A DNA stretch of 64,000 bases, from contig JBDKFG010000020.1 in the NCBI GenBank assembly GCA_039798785.1, positions 45,362 to 109,361 of the forward strand. Reading direction: 5' to 3'. Positions 51,642-61,240 of the stretch are shown piece by piece. Numbering within the stretch: position 1 is the stretch's first letter; each line of letters opens with the position of its first letter. The position numbers were made by a program, and so were the translations under genes. The notes beneath the pieces were generated by a model. That model saw only the letters and a list, made by a program, of their open reading frames with translations, searched no databases and had not been told where the DNA came from. The DNA is from Verrucomicrobiota bacterium (GTDB lineage Bacteria; Verrucomicrobiota; Lentisphaeria; Lentisphaerales; Lentisphaeraceae).

Positions 51642-52049
51642 TTGTCAACGACCAGCATAAGCTATCGGGTACCTTACGCCGACACTGATCAGATGGGGGT
51701 GGTCTACTACGCCAACTATCTTGTCTGGTTCGAGCGATGCCGCAATGAGATGTTGCGCGATTCGGGTCTGCCCTACACCCGTCTCGAGGCGGAGGGGGTG
51801 ATGCTGCCGGTTGTGGAGGCTCATTGCGATTATCGGCTGCCTGCCCGCTACGACGATCTACTGACCATCACGGCTAAGGTGGAGAAGATCGAGGGCTGCC
51901 GCATCACCTTTGTCAACACTGTGATCAACCAGGGAGGTCAGCAGATAGCCAAGGGCTACACCGTGCATTGCTTCATGTCCTCTGCTAGTCGCAGGCCCAT
52001 TCGTCCGCCCGACACACTCCTGAGCGCTCTCGGATGGCTGGAGAGCTGA
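51642..52049 (+). CDS. YbgC/FadM-family acyl-CoA thioesterase
   Basis: RVPYADTDQMGVVYYANYLVWFE...PARYDD; TTG start. Confidence 0.9.
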   Translation: MSTTSISYRVPYADTDQMGVVYYANYLVWFERCRNEMLRDSGLPYTRLEAEGVMLPVVEAHCDYRLPARYDDLLTITAKVEKIEGCRITFVNTVINQGGQQIAKGYTVHCFMSSASRRPIRPPDTLLSALGWLES

Positions 52050-52224
52050 TTTGAGCAAGGGTGCTGGAGCTTGAGTCGTCGGCTTCAATCCTCACCAGAC
52101 CCCCTTGTCGACGTTGCTACCGGAGGGGCGGAAGGGAGGGGGAAATCTTCTTTGGATTTTCCGGGAACCTTCGCAGGTACTTCAGGTCTGAAGTGATACC
52201 AAAAAAACACATCGGAGCGAAAAA

Positions 52225-53346
52225 ATGCTGAGAGCCGCACTATTCCTGGTCTTGCTGAGCGCGACTTCAGGCCTGAGCGCCGTCGAGATCAAAGGCGTGA
52301 TCCAGCCGGAGGAGGTTCCTCTCCGTTGGCAGCCGCAGGCCTTTGGCGGCCAGGTGCGTGTGGCGGAGCGTCTTGTGCGGGCGGGGGAGGCTGCGTCGGG
52401 GGCCGTGATTTTGAGACTTGAGTCTGCCGAGGCCGACCTCGCCTTGGAAGAGGCCAAGATCGGCTGGGAACGCGCGGTTCGTCATGCCGCTGCCCAGAAA
52501 GAGGATTTGGAACGCCTCCGCCGCCAGAGCCAGCTCGGGCTCGAGCAGTCCGCCCTGGCGCTTGAGGCCGCCAATAGGGACGCCGCCTTTTGGCGGCTTT
52601 CGGGACGAGCCGACGCGGCTGTGGATGCTGAGCTGTCGCAGCAGCGCAAGCTCGCCGAGCTTGAAGAGGCGCGTGACGAGCTTCGGCAGCTGAAGGCGAT
52701 GTATGAGAAGGCCGGCATTGACGAGACTACCCGCGACATCGTTCTCAATCGCGCCCAGCGCAAGCTTGAGGGCTTGGAGAGGCAGCTGCCCGGCGAGAAG
52801 GCCAAGAGGGACAAGATCATTCTCACCGATCTCGTCTTGGGGGATCAGCGCTGGGAACTTGAGTTGCAGCGAGCCAAGATGCAGGACGAGTCGACCCGGA
52901 TTCAGACTGCCCGAAACCTCCAGGCTGCGACCGAGGCCGCTGCCGACAGCGATCGCCGGGTCCTCCGCTCTCTTCTCTACTTCCGCCAGATCGAACAGGA
53001 TCTCGCCAATCTCACCCTGAGAGCGCCGATGAAGGGACATGTCATGGCAGACGGCGCGGCTCCCCAGGAAGTCGTCGATAAAGGTCGTCCTCTCATCCGT
53101 TTCGTCCGTGCCGATCGCGGCAGTGTCAGTCTCGCCGTGCCGGAGAGGCTGCAGTCAAAGCTGGTCCCCGGCAGCCAGGTTGAACTGCGCAACTCCGACA
53201 CCGGGGAAATTCTCCAGGCCAGTGTCGTCAGCCGCTCATTCGGACTCCGCCGAGACAAAGAAGGACTGGTCTGCGACGTCGTCTTCGACGTCCCGCTTTC
53301 CGAACGGGTGCGTCCCGGGATGGAACTTGTCCTGTCGCTGAATTGA
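52225..53346 (+). CDS. HlyD/periplasmic-adaptor-like coiled-coil protein
   Basis: Signal peptide, long coiled coil, LTLRAPMKGHV lipoyl half, C-terminal VRPGM. Confidence 0.7.
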   Translation: MLRAALFLVLLSATSGLSAVEIKGVIQPEEVPLRWQPQAFGGQVRVAERLVRAGEAASGAVILRLESAEADLALEEAKIGWERAVRHAAAQKEDLERLRRQSQLGLEQSALALEAANRDAAFWRLSGRADAAVDAELSQQRKLAELEEARDELRQLKAMYEKAGIDETTRDIVLNRAQRKLEGLERQLPGEKAKRDKIILTDLVLGDQRWELELQRAKMQDESTRIQTARNLQAATEAAADSDRRVLRSLLYFRQIEQDLANLTLRAPMKGHVMADGAAPQEVVDKGRPLIRFVRADRGSVSLAVPERLQSKLVPGSQVELRNSDTGEILQASVVSRSFGLRRDKEGLVCDVVFDVPLSERVRPGMELVLSLN

Positions 53347-54488
53347 GGTTGGCGATGTCGCCGCGTCTCGCGCTGGCCTGGTTTTTCCTGGCCGCCTTGC
53401 TCTCCTGCCGTGCCGTCAATCCCGATGCAGTCGAGGTCTCTGCCTCGCGGGCGGAAAGTTGGCTTCTGGGAAGCCAGAATCCTGATGGTTCTTGGGGCTC
53501 ATTCGAGACTCTGAGGCAATCGGAGATCCTGACCGAATCGAGCAACACTTTTGCGGTGTTTTCTCAGGCCAGCAGCGCCCTGGCGGTGATTGCGCTCCTG
53601 CCGACCTGCAGAGATGAAAAGGTCCGCGCCTCGGCTTTGAAAGGATTGAGGCTGCTGATGCGCAAGGAACTCCGGCCGCGCAGCAGTCCGACGGTGTTCT
53701 ATGATGTCTGGGCCCACTCCTACCGTCTGGAATGTTTTTGCCGCTGCTATCAGAGCCCCTTTTTCATCGAGGAGCGTCCCGAACTGCTCAAGCATATCCG
53801 TGCCTCGGTCGCGGCTCTGCTGGCCTTGGAGGGGATTGACGGGGGCTTCGCTTATTACGACTTCGGCAACATCACCAAGACCCATAGCGGCAAGCATTCG
53901 ACCTCCTTCAACATCGCGGTGGCGCTGCGTTCCCTGCGACTTGCCCGCAGCTGCGGCATCGATGTGCCCGAGGCGCGTCTCCAGGCAGCGGCCGACTGTC
54001 TGCGCCGCTGCCGCATGCCGGATGGAGCCTTCACCTACGCCCCCCACTTCGACATCCATCCCCTCGCCGGTCCAAGCCAGCACAAAGGGGCGGCCGGGCG
54101 CAGCAGCGTCTGCTGGCTCGGGCTTGCCGACAGCGGCGAGCCAGGCGCCGAGGCTGGATTGCGCTTGGCGCTGCAAGGATTCCGCCTCGCCTATCCATTC
54201 CTGATCTCGGCCCAGGGGCGGCCCCGCCCCCACGAGGGTTATTACCAGAATGCCGGCTACTATGTCTTTTTTGGTCATTTCTACGCAATGGAGGCGGCGG
54301 GCCGTATCGGCGACCGGGAGTCCAGCGACTGGATCGCGACCCGTCTCATCCGGCTTCAAAGTCCTGACGGTTCTTTCCTTGACTTTCCGCTCTACTCCTA
54401 CGGCAGCGTCTACGGCACCGCCTTCGCCCTCAGGGCTTTGCGCGAGCACCAATCTCATTCACAGTTTGATGGCGGGCACAGCCGGTGA
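53343..54488 (+). CDS. Prenyltransferase/squalene-cyclase-repeat (alpha/alpha barrel) lipoprotein
   Basis: QNPDGSWG, DGGFAYY, LQSPDGSF, YGTAFAL QW-type repeats; lipobox LLSC. The start may be ATG 53355. Confidence 0.78.
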   Translation: MRLAMSPRLALAWFFLAALLSCRAVNPDAVEVSASRAESWLLGSQNPDGSWGSFETLRQSEILTESSNTFAVFSQASSALAVIALLPTCRDEKVRASALKGLRLLMRKELRPRSSPTVFYDVWAHSYRLECFCRCYQSPFFIEERPELLKHIRASVAALLALEGIDGGFAYYDFGNITKTHSGKHSTSFNIAVALRSLRLARSCGIDVPEARLQAAADCLRRCRMPDGAFTYAPHFDIHPLAGPSQHKGAAGRSSVCWLGLADSGEPGAEAGLRLALQGFRLAYPFLISAQGRPRPHEGYYQNAGYYVFFGHFYAMEAAGRIGDRESSDWIATRLIRLQSPDGSFLDFPLYSYGSVYGTAFALRALREHQSHSQFDGGHSR

Positions 54489-54542
54489 CATCCGCCGCTG
54501 AGGCCTTATCTTGGCCGGCTTTTCAATAACCAGGTCCGCTAC

Positions 54543-55886
54543 ATGACAGAACCCAAACTCAAGCCTGAAGACTTCAAACCACTCAACCGCCAGGGCGAGC
54601 TGCAGCAGATCGCCAGGCCATCTCTCTCTTATTGGCGGGATGCGATGAGGCGCTTCCGTCAGCAGCCGCGCAACCTGGTGGCTCTGGCGGTGATTGTCGC
54701 CATGGTCAGCCTCTGCCTCTTCGGGCGGCTGGTCTGGACTCAGGATCCGGCCGAGATGAACCTCGACCAGATGCGAATGGCTCCCTCCTTCTCCTTCCGC
54801 GGCGCCGAAGCTCTGGTCGTCACCGATGAATTCACCCCCAAGCCGGACAGCGGCAAGGGATTTCGACTGTTGCGTCCAGCCACAACGGTTGACGTGCCGC
54901 TGACCTGGGATCCGGTCCCAGGGGCGGATTTCTATCGCATCTTCCGAAACGAAGGCAAGCCCGCCGATGCCAGCGATCTCGGCATCCCCCTCGGCCAGAG
55001 TTTCGACTGTCTCTGGGTCGACGCTCTCAAGATCGAGAGGACCAGCTACTACTACAGCATCGTCGCAGTCAGCAAGGACCAGGTCTACGCCCCCCAGGAA
55101 CTGAAGGTCGATGTCGAATACGGCATCACAGCAAGCCGGGCACTCGATCTCGGATATGAAGGCAGCAAGCCCGGAGACCGCATCCGTCTGCCCTCGCATC
55201 CGCTCGGCACCGACTCGATGGGCCGCGACATGCTCGCTCGAGTCATCCAGGGGGGGCAGATCTCGCTCTTCATCGGCCTATTCGCTCCCTTGCTCTACAT
55301 CTTCCTCGGCGTCCTCTACGGCGGTTTCGCCGGCTACCTCGGCGGTCGCGTTGACAACTTCCTCATGCGCTTCGCTGATTTCATCGTCGCACTTCCTTTC
55401 ATTCTCTGCGTCATCCTGTTGAAAGTCGCCTCGGACATCCGACCTGGTGAATCAGGCATCATGGTCATTTTCGTCGCTCTCGTCCTTCTTTCCTGGCCGG
55501 GGGCCGCCCGACTTGTACGGGGTCAGATCTTGCAGATCCGCAACGAAGCTTACGTCCAGGCCTCCACCCTCCTCGGCGCTTCGCCCTCCTACCTGATTCT
55601 CCGTCATATGCTTCCCAACACCTTGGGGGTCGTCCTGGTGGCGCTCTCCTTCGCCGTGCCGGCCGCCATCTTCACCGAAGCCTTCCTGTCCTTCATCGGC
55701 ATGGGAGTCACCCCTCCGGAGACTTCCTGGGGGGCGATGTGTGAATCCGGAGTCCGAGCGATGCGCATCGCTCCCCATGAGCTGATCGTCCCCGCGACCT
55801 TCATCTCGATCACGGTTCTCGCCTTCAACCTGGTAGGCGACGGCTTGCGCGACGCGCTCGATGCCAAGATGCGAGGCAAGGAGTGA
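54543..55886 (+). CDS. oppC: Oligopeptide/dipeptide ABC permease (OppC/DppC family) with a large extracytoplasmic FN3-like insertion
   Basis: SLSYWRDAMRRF, HPLGTDSMGRD, EAYVQASTLLGAS, EAFLSFIGMG, FNLVGDGLRDALD; insert LTWDPVPGADFYRIFRN...YYYSIVAV. Confidence 0.85.
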   Translation: MTEPKLKPEDFKPLNRQGELQQIARPSLSYWRDAMRRFRQQPRNLVALAVIVAMVSLCLFGRLVWTQDPAEMNLDQMRMAPSFSFRGAEALVVTDEFTPKPDSGKGFRLLRPATTVDVPLTWDPVPGADFYRIFRNEGKPADASDLGIPLGQSFDCLWVDALKIERTSYYYSIVAVSKDQVYAPQELKVDVEYGITASRALDLGYEGSKPGDRIRLPSHPLGTDSMGRDMLARVIQGGQISLFIGLFAPLLYIFLGVLYGGFAGYLGGRVDNFLMRFADFIVALPFILCVILLKVASDIRPGESGIMVIFVALVLLSWPGAARLVRGQILQIRNEAYVQASTLLGASPSYLILRHMLPNTLGVVLVALSFAVPAAIFTEAFLSFIGMGVTPPETSWGAMCESGVRAMRIAPHELIVPATFISITVLAFNLVGDGLRDALDAKMRGKE

Positions 55887-57256
55887 TCCTTTCCATGTCC
55901 CCTCGACTTTTGGCATATCTCGCCGCGGTGATCTTCGCCTCCTGCGCCGGTGTCCCGCCTCCGGCTGCCGAGGGTGCCTACCAGCGGGCCAGCGCCTCTC
56001 CCCTTCAAGGGTCCTGGGATCTTGAGTGTCGCAGTCGCGCCTTCAGCAAAGCCGGCAGCGACGTGGAGATCCGTCTGATCGCCTTGCCAGCCTTTGCCGA
56101 GGCCGAGTATTTCGACGCGGTCAACCGCGACATCGCCGCCGCCGAGCTCGCGGTGAAAGAGGCATATCGCCCTGAGGGATTCAAGGCCGCGCCGGATCTC
56201 TTTCTCCAGGATCATCATCTCCGCCTCGCGACGCTGATGCGTCTGCACCCGCAGGAATGCGTCCCCCCCCGCAAGGTCAACGGTGTCATTTCCTACGTCG
56301 GATCAGACGAAGTTCATCCTTCGAATCTTGCAGGCGCCGGACACTTTGTCGCCATGCCCCTGCTAGGTATCGCGAGGGAAATCCGTCTGGCCGTCCTCGG
56401 ACTTGGGCGTGGCGGCGCTTCGATTCTTTGCCTGCAGGACGGATATGACGCCTGGCTCCGACGCAGCTACTTCGACGATCTGATGGCCGAGGCTGGGCTC
56501 TCCAGCGACGATTACAACTTGATTTTCCGGCGCAACGAAAGCATTTCCTTGCTGATTGATCAGGCAACTGCGAAGCAGGAAGGGCATCCGGCGGCGCGCC
56601 GCATTGCCATTTTATGCGCGCCGCAGCAGCTTCCCGGCTTGGAGAAGCTTCTCCAGCTGCGTGGATACCAGCCCGGCCCTGAGATCTGGCGGCGCAGCCA
56701 CGCGATGTCGTCTCTCGCCCGCGGCGAAACCGCCGCCTCGTCGCCCTACTGCTTCCGCCTACCTTGGATCTTCGACTGCCATGGATCCGAACACTATTGC
56801 GACTGGTCTGCCCCCTTATCCCTCGCCACCTGGCACTCGCAAGGAAACTCCAGCCAATTCTCTTTTGGCTGGAGTTTGCTCGCCGCAGGCAGCCGCAGCA
56901 AGCATTCCTCCGCCTGGAGCGGACCTCTCAGTGTCGTCAGTTCCCAGACCTATCCGGATGGGCGGGCCTGGACCCTGGCCTGGGGCCTGCTCGGTCTCCA
57001 TGAAAGCCACAAGGATGAGCATAAAACCGGCTTGCTGCTGTTTTTCTTGCGTTCATGGGAAGATCGCAAGGAGCGCTGCCAGGATCTGGGCTGGGGAGGT
57101 TTCCTTTATCGGCATCAGGAGGGCAAGGACGGCTCTTCGTTCACCAGCATCCTTCCTCAGATAAGCGACTATCCGTTGCTCTGGTCTCGACGCGAGGAGG
57201 CTTGCGGCGTCACTCACCGCTTCCTCATTTTCGGCAAGATCCATTCTGAGCAATAA
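55883..57256 (+). CDS. Hypothetical lipoprotein
   Basis: GTGA overlap with oppC (alternative ATG 55895), lipobox FASC, Trp/Gly-rich C-terminal repeats. Confidence 0.6.
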   Translation: MILSMSPRLLAYLAAVIFASCAGVPPPAAEGAYQRASASPLQGSWDLECRSRAFSKAGSDVEIRLIALPAFAEAEYFDAVNRDIAAAELAVKEAYRPEGFKAAPDLFLQDHHLRLATLMRLHPQECVPPRKVNGVISYVGSDEVHPSNLAGAGHFVAMPLLGIAREIRLAVLGLGRGGASILCLQDGYDAWLRRSYFDDLMAEAGLSSDDYNLIFRRNESISLLIDQATAKQEGHPAARRIAILCAPQQLPGLEKLLQLRGYQPGPEIWRRSHAMSSLARGETAASSPYCFRLPWIFDCHGSEHYCDWSAPLSLATWHSQGNSSQFSFGWSLLAAGSRSKHSSAWSGPLSVVSSQTYPDGRAWTLAWGLLGLHESHKDEHKTGLLLFFLRSWEDRKERCQDLGWGGFLYRHQEGKDGSSFTSILPQISDYPLLWSRREEACGVTHRFLIFGKIHSEQ

Positions 57257-57392
57257 GATCTCGATTCTGCAGCTCACTTCCTGAATTTCTTGCGCCCCGT
57301 CCAGGTTCCTTCGGAGTCCAGAGCCTCGATCAGCAAGCTCAAAGTAGCTGCCAGATAGATTTCATGATCTCATCCCGGATAAGACCCGGAAA

Positions 57393-57656
57393 TCACGGGG
57401 CCTTGCCGCGGAGGCGCTCGGTGAGCTTCTGGAGGTTTTCGCCAAGAGAGCTGACGGCATCGGGCTGAGTGGCTGCGGCGACAGCCTTTTGGTTCTCCGC
57501 CATCACCTGGGTGAAGATCTCGTGACGGTAGACTTGGACGGAACGAGGCGCGATGATGCCGAGATGGACTTGGGAGCCGGTGACTCTCAGGACTTTGACT
57601 TCGATGTCCTTGCCGATCATGACCGATTCGTCCGGCTTGCGGGTGAGGATAAGCAT
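57393..57656 (-). CDS. csrA: Carbon storage regulator
   Basis: MLILTRKPDESVMIGKDIEVKVL...HLGIIAPRSVQVYRHEI, with the C-terminal extension typical of FliW-regulated CsrA. Confidence 0.95.
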   Translation of the reverse strand: MLILTRKPDESVMIGKDIEVKVLRVTGSQVHLGIIAPRSVQVYRHEIFTQVMAENQKAVAAATQPDAVSSLGENLQKLTERLRGKAP

Positions 57657-57665
57657 GGTGTGACC

Positions 57666-58145
57666 TCAGGTTCCGGGCTCGAGACGGTCAAGATTGTCCC
57701 AGATGTTGTACCGCACTGGGTACTTGTCGAGGATGACTTGGCGTCCTTTGCGGTTGCGCAGGTTGATGATGATCGGGGCGAGCAGGTTGGCGGTGTTTTC
57801 CTGCGGATTCTGCTGCACCGTGACGAATGAGAGGACGATCGCCTCGGAGGCGTCTCTGAGTTCGAGTTTGATCATGTCGGCGGCGGAGATGCGGGCGAGG
57901 TAGCCTGAGTAGATCATGAAGGGGTCGATGCAGACGAAGCCGAGGCCCTCAAGGTCGAGCGACTTGAGGTAGAGGAATGGTTTGATCTCGTCGGTGGAGA
58001 GGAGGGTGAAGCGGCGTGCGTCCTCGAAGGCGGGAATGCCCTCCGGGAATTCGTAGACCGCATCCTTTTCCAGGGAGGCGAGCATCTCGCTCTGGTAGGG
58101 AGTGATGCTGAGGATAAGGTCGCGTCGGAATTTGTTGTCGTCCAT
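57666..58145 (-). CDS. fliW: Flagellar assembly factor / CsrA antagonist
   Basis: FPEGIPAFE, YLKS...FVCIDPF, TANLLAPIIIN...GRQVIL. Start reassigned to ATG 58145. Confidence 0.92.
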   Translation of the reverse strand: MDDNKFRRDLILSITPYQSEMLASLEKDAVYEFPEGIPAFEDARRFTLLSTDEIKPFLYLKSLDLEGLGFVCIDPFMIYSGYLARISAADMIKLELRDASEAIVLSFVTVQQNPQENTANLLAPIIINLRNRKGRQVILDKYPVRYNIWDNLDRLEPGT

Positions 58146-58153
58146 GGTGTGCC

Positions 58154-59581
58154 TCAGTACTGGCGGCGGAGGTTGGAAGGAAGGATGGAGAGGGCTTCGC
58201 GGTATTTGGCGACGGTGCGTCTGGCCACCGGGAGGCCCTGCTTCTTCAGGAGTACGGCGATCTGGGAATCGGAGAGAGGATGTCGGCCGTCTTCGCCGGT
58301 GATGATCTCGGAGATGGCTTTTTTCACGGCTGCGTTGGAGACATCGGAACCATCTTGCGACTTGTAGCCGGGGGTGAAGAAGAAGCGCATCGGGATGAGG
58401 CCGAATCGGCATTTGAGGTATTTGCCGGCGACGGCGCGGGAGACGGTGGTTTCGTGCACTCCGGCGGCATCGGCGACCTGGGCCATGGTGAGAGGGCGCA
58501 TGGCGCGGATGCCGTCGCGGAAATACGGAGTCTGTTCTTTGAGGATCACCTGGGCGATGCGTTCGATGGTGTTCTGCCTTTGCGCCAGTGAGTTGATCAG
58601 GAACATGCCGCCGGAGATCTTCTGCTTGATGTAATCGCGGGTCTCGCGGTCGAGCTTGGGGTCCTGGAGGAGACTTTTGTAGTAGGCGTTGATCTTCAAG
58701 GTCGGCAGGAGGTTGTTGTTCATCCGGACGTCGAAGTCGCCGTCGTCGTTCTGGGTGATTTCGACTTCTTCGCGGACATAGCTGTCGGCGCCGACGGGGG
58801 CCCGGTCGGCCATGTGAGGGGAGAGGCTCTGGATTTCGCGCAGGACGAGCTGGAGCTCGTCCATTTCGATCTTGAGGGCCTTGGCGACCTTGGGCAAGCG
58901 GTTGTTGGCGATGTCGTCGAGCTGGGTGTCTACCGCCTGCCAGGCCAGGGTGCCACGCTGGCCCTTGCGGTCGAGCTGGAGCAGGAGGCGTTCGCGGACA
59001 TCTTTAGCGGCGACGCCGGCGGGTTCGAGGTTCTGGACGACGGCGATGGACTGGCGGATCAGGTCGACCGGCTGACCGGTGGCCATCGACAGGTCGGCGG
59101 GGTGGGCGGCGAGGAAGCCGTCGTCGTTCAGAGCCGAGATCACCGCTTCGGCGGCTTCGCGGAGGTCGGGGGGCATGTCGAGGAAGCGAAGCTGCTCAAG
59201 CAGTTCGTCGCGGAGATTGTCGGACGAGGTGAGGGAGTCGAGGAAGTGGCGGCGTTCCTCCTCGGTCTCGCGGTTTTGGGGGAGGGAAGGTCGGGTCAGG
59301 TGAGAGGCGTTGTCGAGCTCCATCACCTTGTCGAGCCATTGATCCGAGTCGCGGTCGCGGTCGCGGTCGCCGTCGTTCTCGGCCGAGTTGACGTCTTCGA
59401 TCTCAAGTCTTTCGTGTTCGCCGGACTCGCATTCCAGGACCGGATTCTTCTCCAGTTCGGCAGAGAGGATGGAGGAGAGCTCCATCACCGGCGCGAAGAG
59501 CATTTCCAGAGCCTGGATCTGCTGATGGGTCATGGTCTGCTCTTGCCGGAGAGACTGCTGCTGCTGCATTTCGGTGGACAT
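58154..59581 (-). CDS. rpoN: RNA polymerase sigma-54 factor
   Basis: Gln-rich region I, NPVLE, EPAGVAA, VHETTVSRA, RpoN box ARRTVAKYRE. Confidence 0.96.
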   Translation of the reverse strand: MSTEMQQQQSLRQEQTMTHQQIQALEMLFAPVMELSSILSAELEKNPVLECESGEHERLEIEDVNSAENDGDRDRDRDSDQWLDKVMELDNASHLTRPSLPQNRETEEERRHFLDSLTSSDNLRDELLEQLRFLDMPPDLREAAEAVISALNDDGFLAAHPADLSMATGQPVDLIRQSIAVVQNLEPAGVAAKDVRERLLLQLDRKGQRGTLAWQAVDTQLDDIANNRLPKVAKALKIEMDELQLVLREIQSLSPHMADRAPVGADSYVREEVEITQNDDGDFDVRMNNNLLPTLKINAYYKSLLQDPKLDRETRDYIKQKISGGMFLINSLAQRQNTIERIAQVILKEQTPYFRDGIRAMRPLTMAQVADAAGVHETTVSRAVAGKYLKCRFGLIPMRFFFTPGYKSQDGSDVSNAAVKKAISEIITGEDGRHPLSDSQIAVLLKKQGLPVARRTVAKYREALSILPSNLRRQY

Positions 59582-59584
59582 GGA

Positions 59585-60163
59585 TCAGCTTCCTTTTTGG
59601 CCGGAGATCTGGTCGTAGAATTCGAACGAAGTGGTGAGAATGAACTCAAGGCGTCCGAAGGTGATGCCGTCTCCGGGCTTGATCACTTGCGGCTGATCCT
59701 TGTCGAGGCGGATGGGGCCGAAATAGGTGCCGTTGGTGGATCCGAGATCCTGGATGACGAGGCGGCCGGGCTGGATGACGATGGCGGCGTGCTGACGCGA
59801 GATTGAGTAGTCGTTGATGACGACGTCGGCGGGCTGCATCCTCCCCACCAGGAAGTGGTTGGGGGAGGTGGTGGAGAAGCGTGATTTGCGGAGGACGAAG
59901 ATGGTCGAGCTGATGTCGCTTTCATCGATCGGGGTCGGCGCCTGCTGCGAGGTCATCGCCTTGATGTCCTTGGCCGAGAATATCAGGGTGTTGCCGCTGC
60001 TCTTCTTCTGCAGCTCGCCGTCCCAAAGCTTGCGAGAGACCAACAGGGGCAGGGTGACCTGGGCTGCGAAGGCGTTGCGAGGGATCGTGGCGATATTCTG
60101 CCGCAAGCGGCTGAGATTGAGCCGCCCGGTTTCGGAGACGTAGTCAGTGAGGATGTTGGCCAC
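59585..60163 (-). CDS. FHA-domain protein
   Basis: VGR...ISRQHA...DLGSTNGT...GDGITFG; GTG start. Confidence 0.88.
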   Translation of the reverse strand: MANILTDYVSETGRLNLSRLRQNIATIPRNAFAAQVTLPLLVSRKLWDGELQKKSSGNTLIFSAKDIKAMTSQQAPTPIDESDISSTIFVLRKSRFSTTSPNHFLVGRMQPADVVINDYSISRQHAAIVIQPGRLVIQDLGSTNGTYFGPIRLDKDQPQVIKPGDGITFGRLEFILTTSFEFYDQISGQKGS

Positions 60164-60165
60164 GT

Positions 60166-60417
60166 TCAGTGATCCTTGCGCTTGCGCCGGGCGAGGGCAT
60201 TTCTGGCGGTGGGGGAGAGATTGAGGTTGACGGCGTCGTTGTCGGAAGGTGCGGGTTTGTTTTTGGGGGGAGCTGCGGCTGGCGCGGCGTCCTTGGCGGC
60301 CCGGCCCCAGAAACGGAAACTCTGGCCGTGGGAGTCGCCGCTGCGCTCGGCCTGTCCGAGGGGGCTTTCGGCGGGCGCGGGTTTTTCCGGCGGGCGGAGT
60401 GGGGACAGGGGGTCCAT
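60166..60417 (-). CDS. Small hypothetical protein (83 aa, Pro/Ala-rich; weak FlgM-like DxVxLS motif)
   Basis: Fills the gap between fliA and the FHA gene with 2-nt spacing on both sides. Confidence 0.55.
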   Translation of the reverse strand: MDPLSPLRPPEKPAPAESPLGQAERSGDSHGQSFRFWGRAAKDAAPAAAPPKNKPAPSDNDAVNLNLSPTARNALARRKRKDH

Positions 60418-60419
60418 AT

Positions 60420-61163
60420 TCAGAACTCTCCTTCGTCGCAGCCGAGGAAGGCGCGAAGCTTGACTACGATCTCTTTGTAGATTTGCGACACGCGTCCTTC
60501 GGTGAGGCCGAGGACGGCGGCGATTTCGCACTGCCGCAGTCCCTGTTCGTGCTTGAGGAAGAGGAGTTGCTGCTCGCGTTCGTCGAGGCGCCGGAAGGCT
60601 TCGCGCATCGCTTCACGGCTGAGATTCTCGTCGGCCTGCTGGTCCGGGGCCGGCAGTGAGGAATCGGCGATGGCATCGCGATAGGCGATGCCCTGCTGGT
60701 TGCGGGCATCCAGTGGCAAGGCGTTGGAGGCGAGGTCGATGGCTTCGCGCACTTCCGATTCGCGGATCTGCAGCCGTTCGGCGACCTCGCTGAGCTCGGG
60801 GCTGCCGCCTCTCTCGAGGGAGAGCTCGCGGATGGTGGCACAGACTTCCCGGTAGCGCTGGCGCTGGCCCCGGGTCAGGTGGTCCTGGCGGCGGAGGGAG
60901 TCGAGGATCGAACCTTTGATGCGCCGTGCGGCGAAGGCGGCGAAATCCTCACCCTTGACGGTGTCGAAATGGGAGACGGCATCGTGCAGTCCGACGACGC
61001 CGGCTCCGACCAGTTCGTCGCGCTCGGTCTTGCGGCGGACCCGGATCGACAGGCGGCTGACCGCCTGGAAGACGAGAGGCAGATGGATTTCCACCAAGGC
61101 GGTCTGAGCCTCGCGGTCTCCTTGGCGCACCCGGCGCCACAATGTTTCGGTTTCGATGTCCAT
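60420..61163 (-). CDS. fliA: FliA/WhiG-family (sigma-28) RNA polymerase sigma factor
   Basis: DELVGAGVVGL, FAARRIKGSILDSLRRQD, EIAAVLGLTEGRVSQI. Confidence 0.88.
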   Translation of the reverse strand: MDIETETLWRRVRQGDREAQTALVEIHLPLVFQAVSRLSIRVRRKTERDELVGAGVVGLHDAVSHFDTVKGEDFAAFAARRIKGSILDSLRRQDHLTRGQRQRYREVCATIRELSLERGGSPELSEVAERLQIRESEVREAIDLASNALPLDARNQQGIAYRDAIADSSLPAPDQQADENLSREAMREAFRRLDEREQQLLFLKHEQGLRQCEIAAVLGLTEGRVSQIYKEIVVKLRAFLGCDEGEF

Positions 61164-61194
61164 GGATCCATTCTAAGCTGTTTTCTCTCTCGAG

Positions 61195-61210
61195 TGCAAG
61201 TTCCATGCCA
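61195..61210 (-). promoter_or_regulatory. sigma54 (-24/-12) promoter upstream of the fliA-rpoN-fliW-csrA operon
   Basis: Minus strand TGGCATGGAACTTGCA, a near-perfect match to TGGCA-N6-TTGCW, 31 bp before ATG 61163. Confidence 0.78.
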
Positions 61211-61240
61211 CCGATTTTCAGGGCGAATTCGGCGGCAGGC

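Noticed and set aside
52225..53346. HlyD-like protein as the adhesin's T1SS adaptor
   Set aside because: It has a cleavable-looking signal rather than a cytoplasmic N-tail plus TM anchor, there is no ABC/TolC partner nearby, and it is coupled to an unrelated gene.
59347..59371. (GTCGCG)n hexamer tandem repeat
   Set aside because: It is an in-frame Asp-Arg run in the variable region II of RpoN, with no inverted partner.
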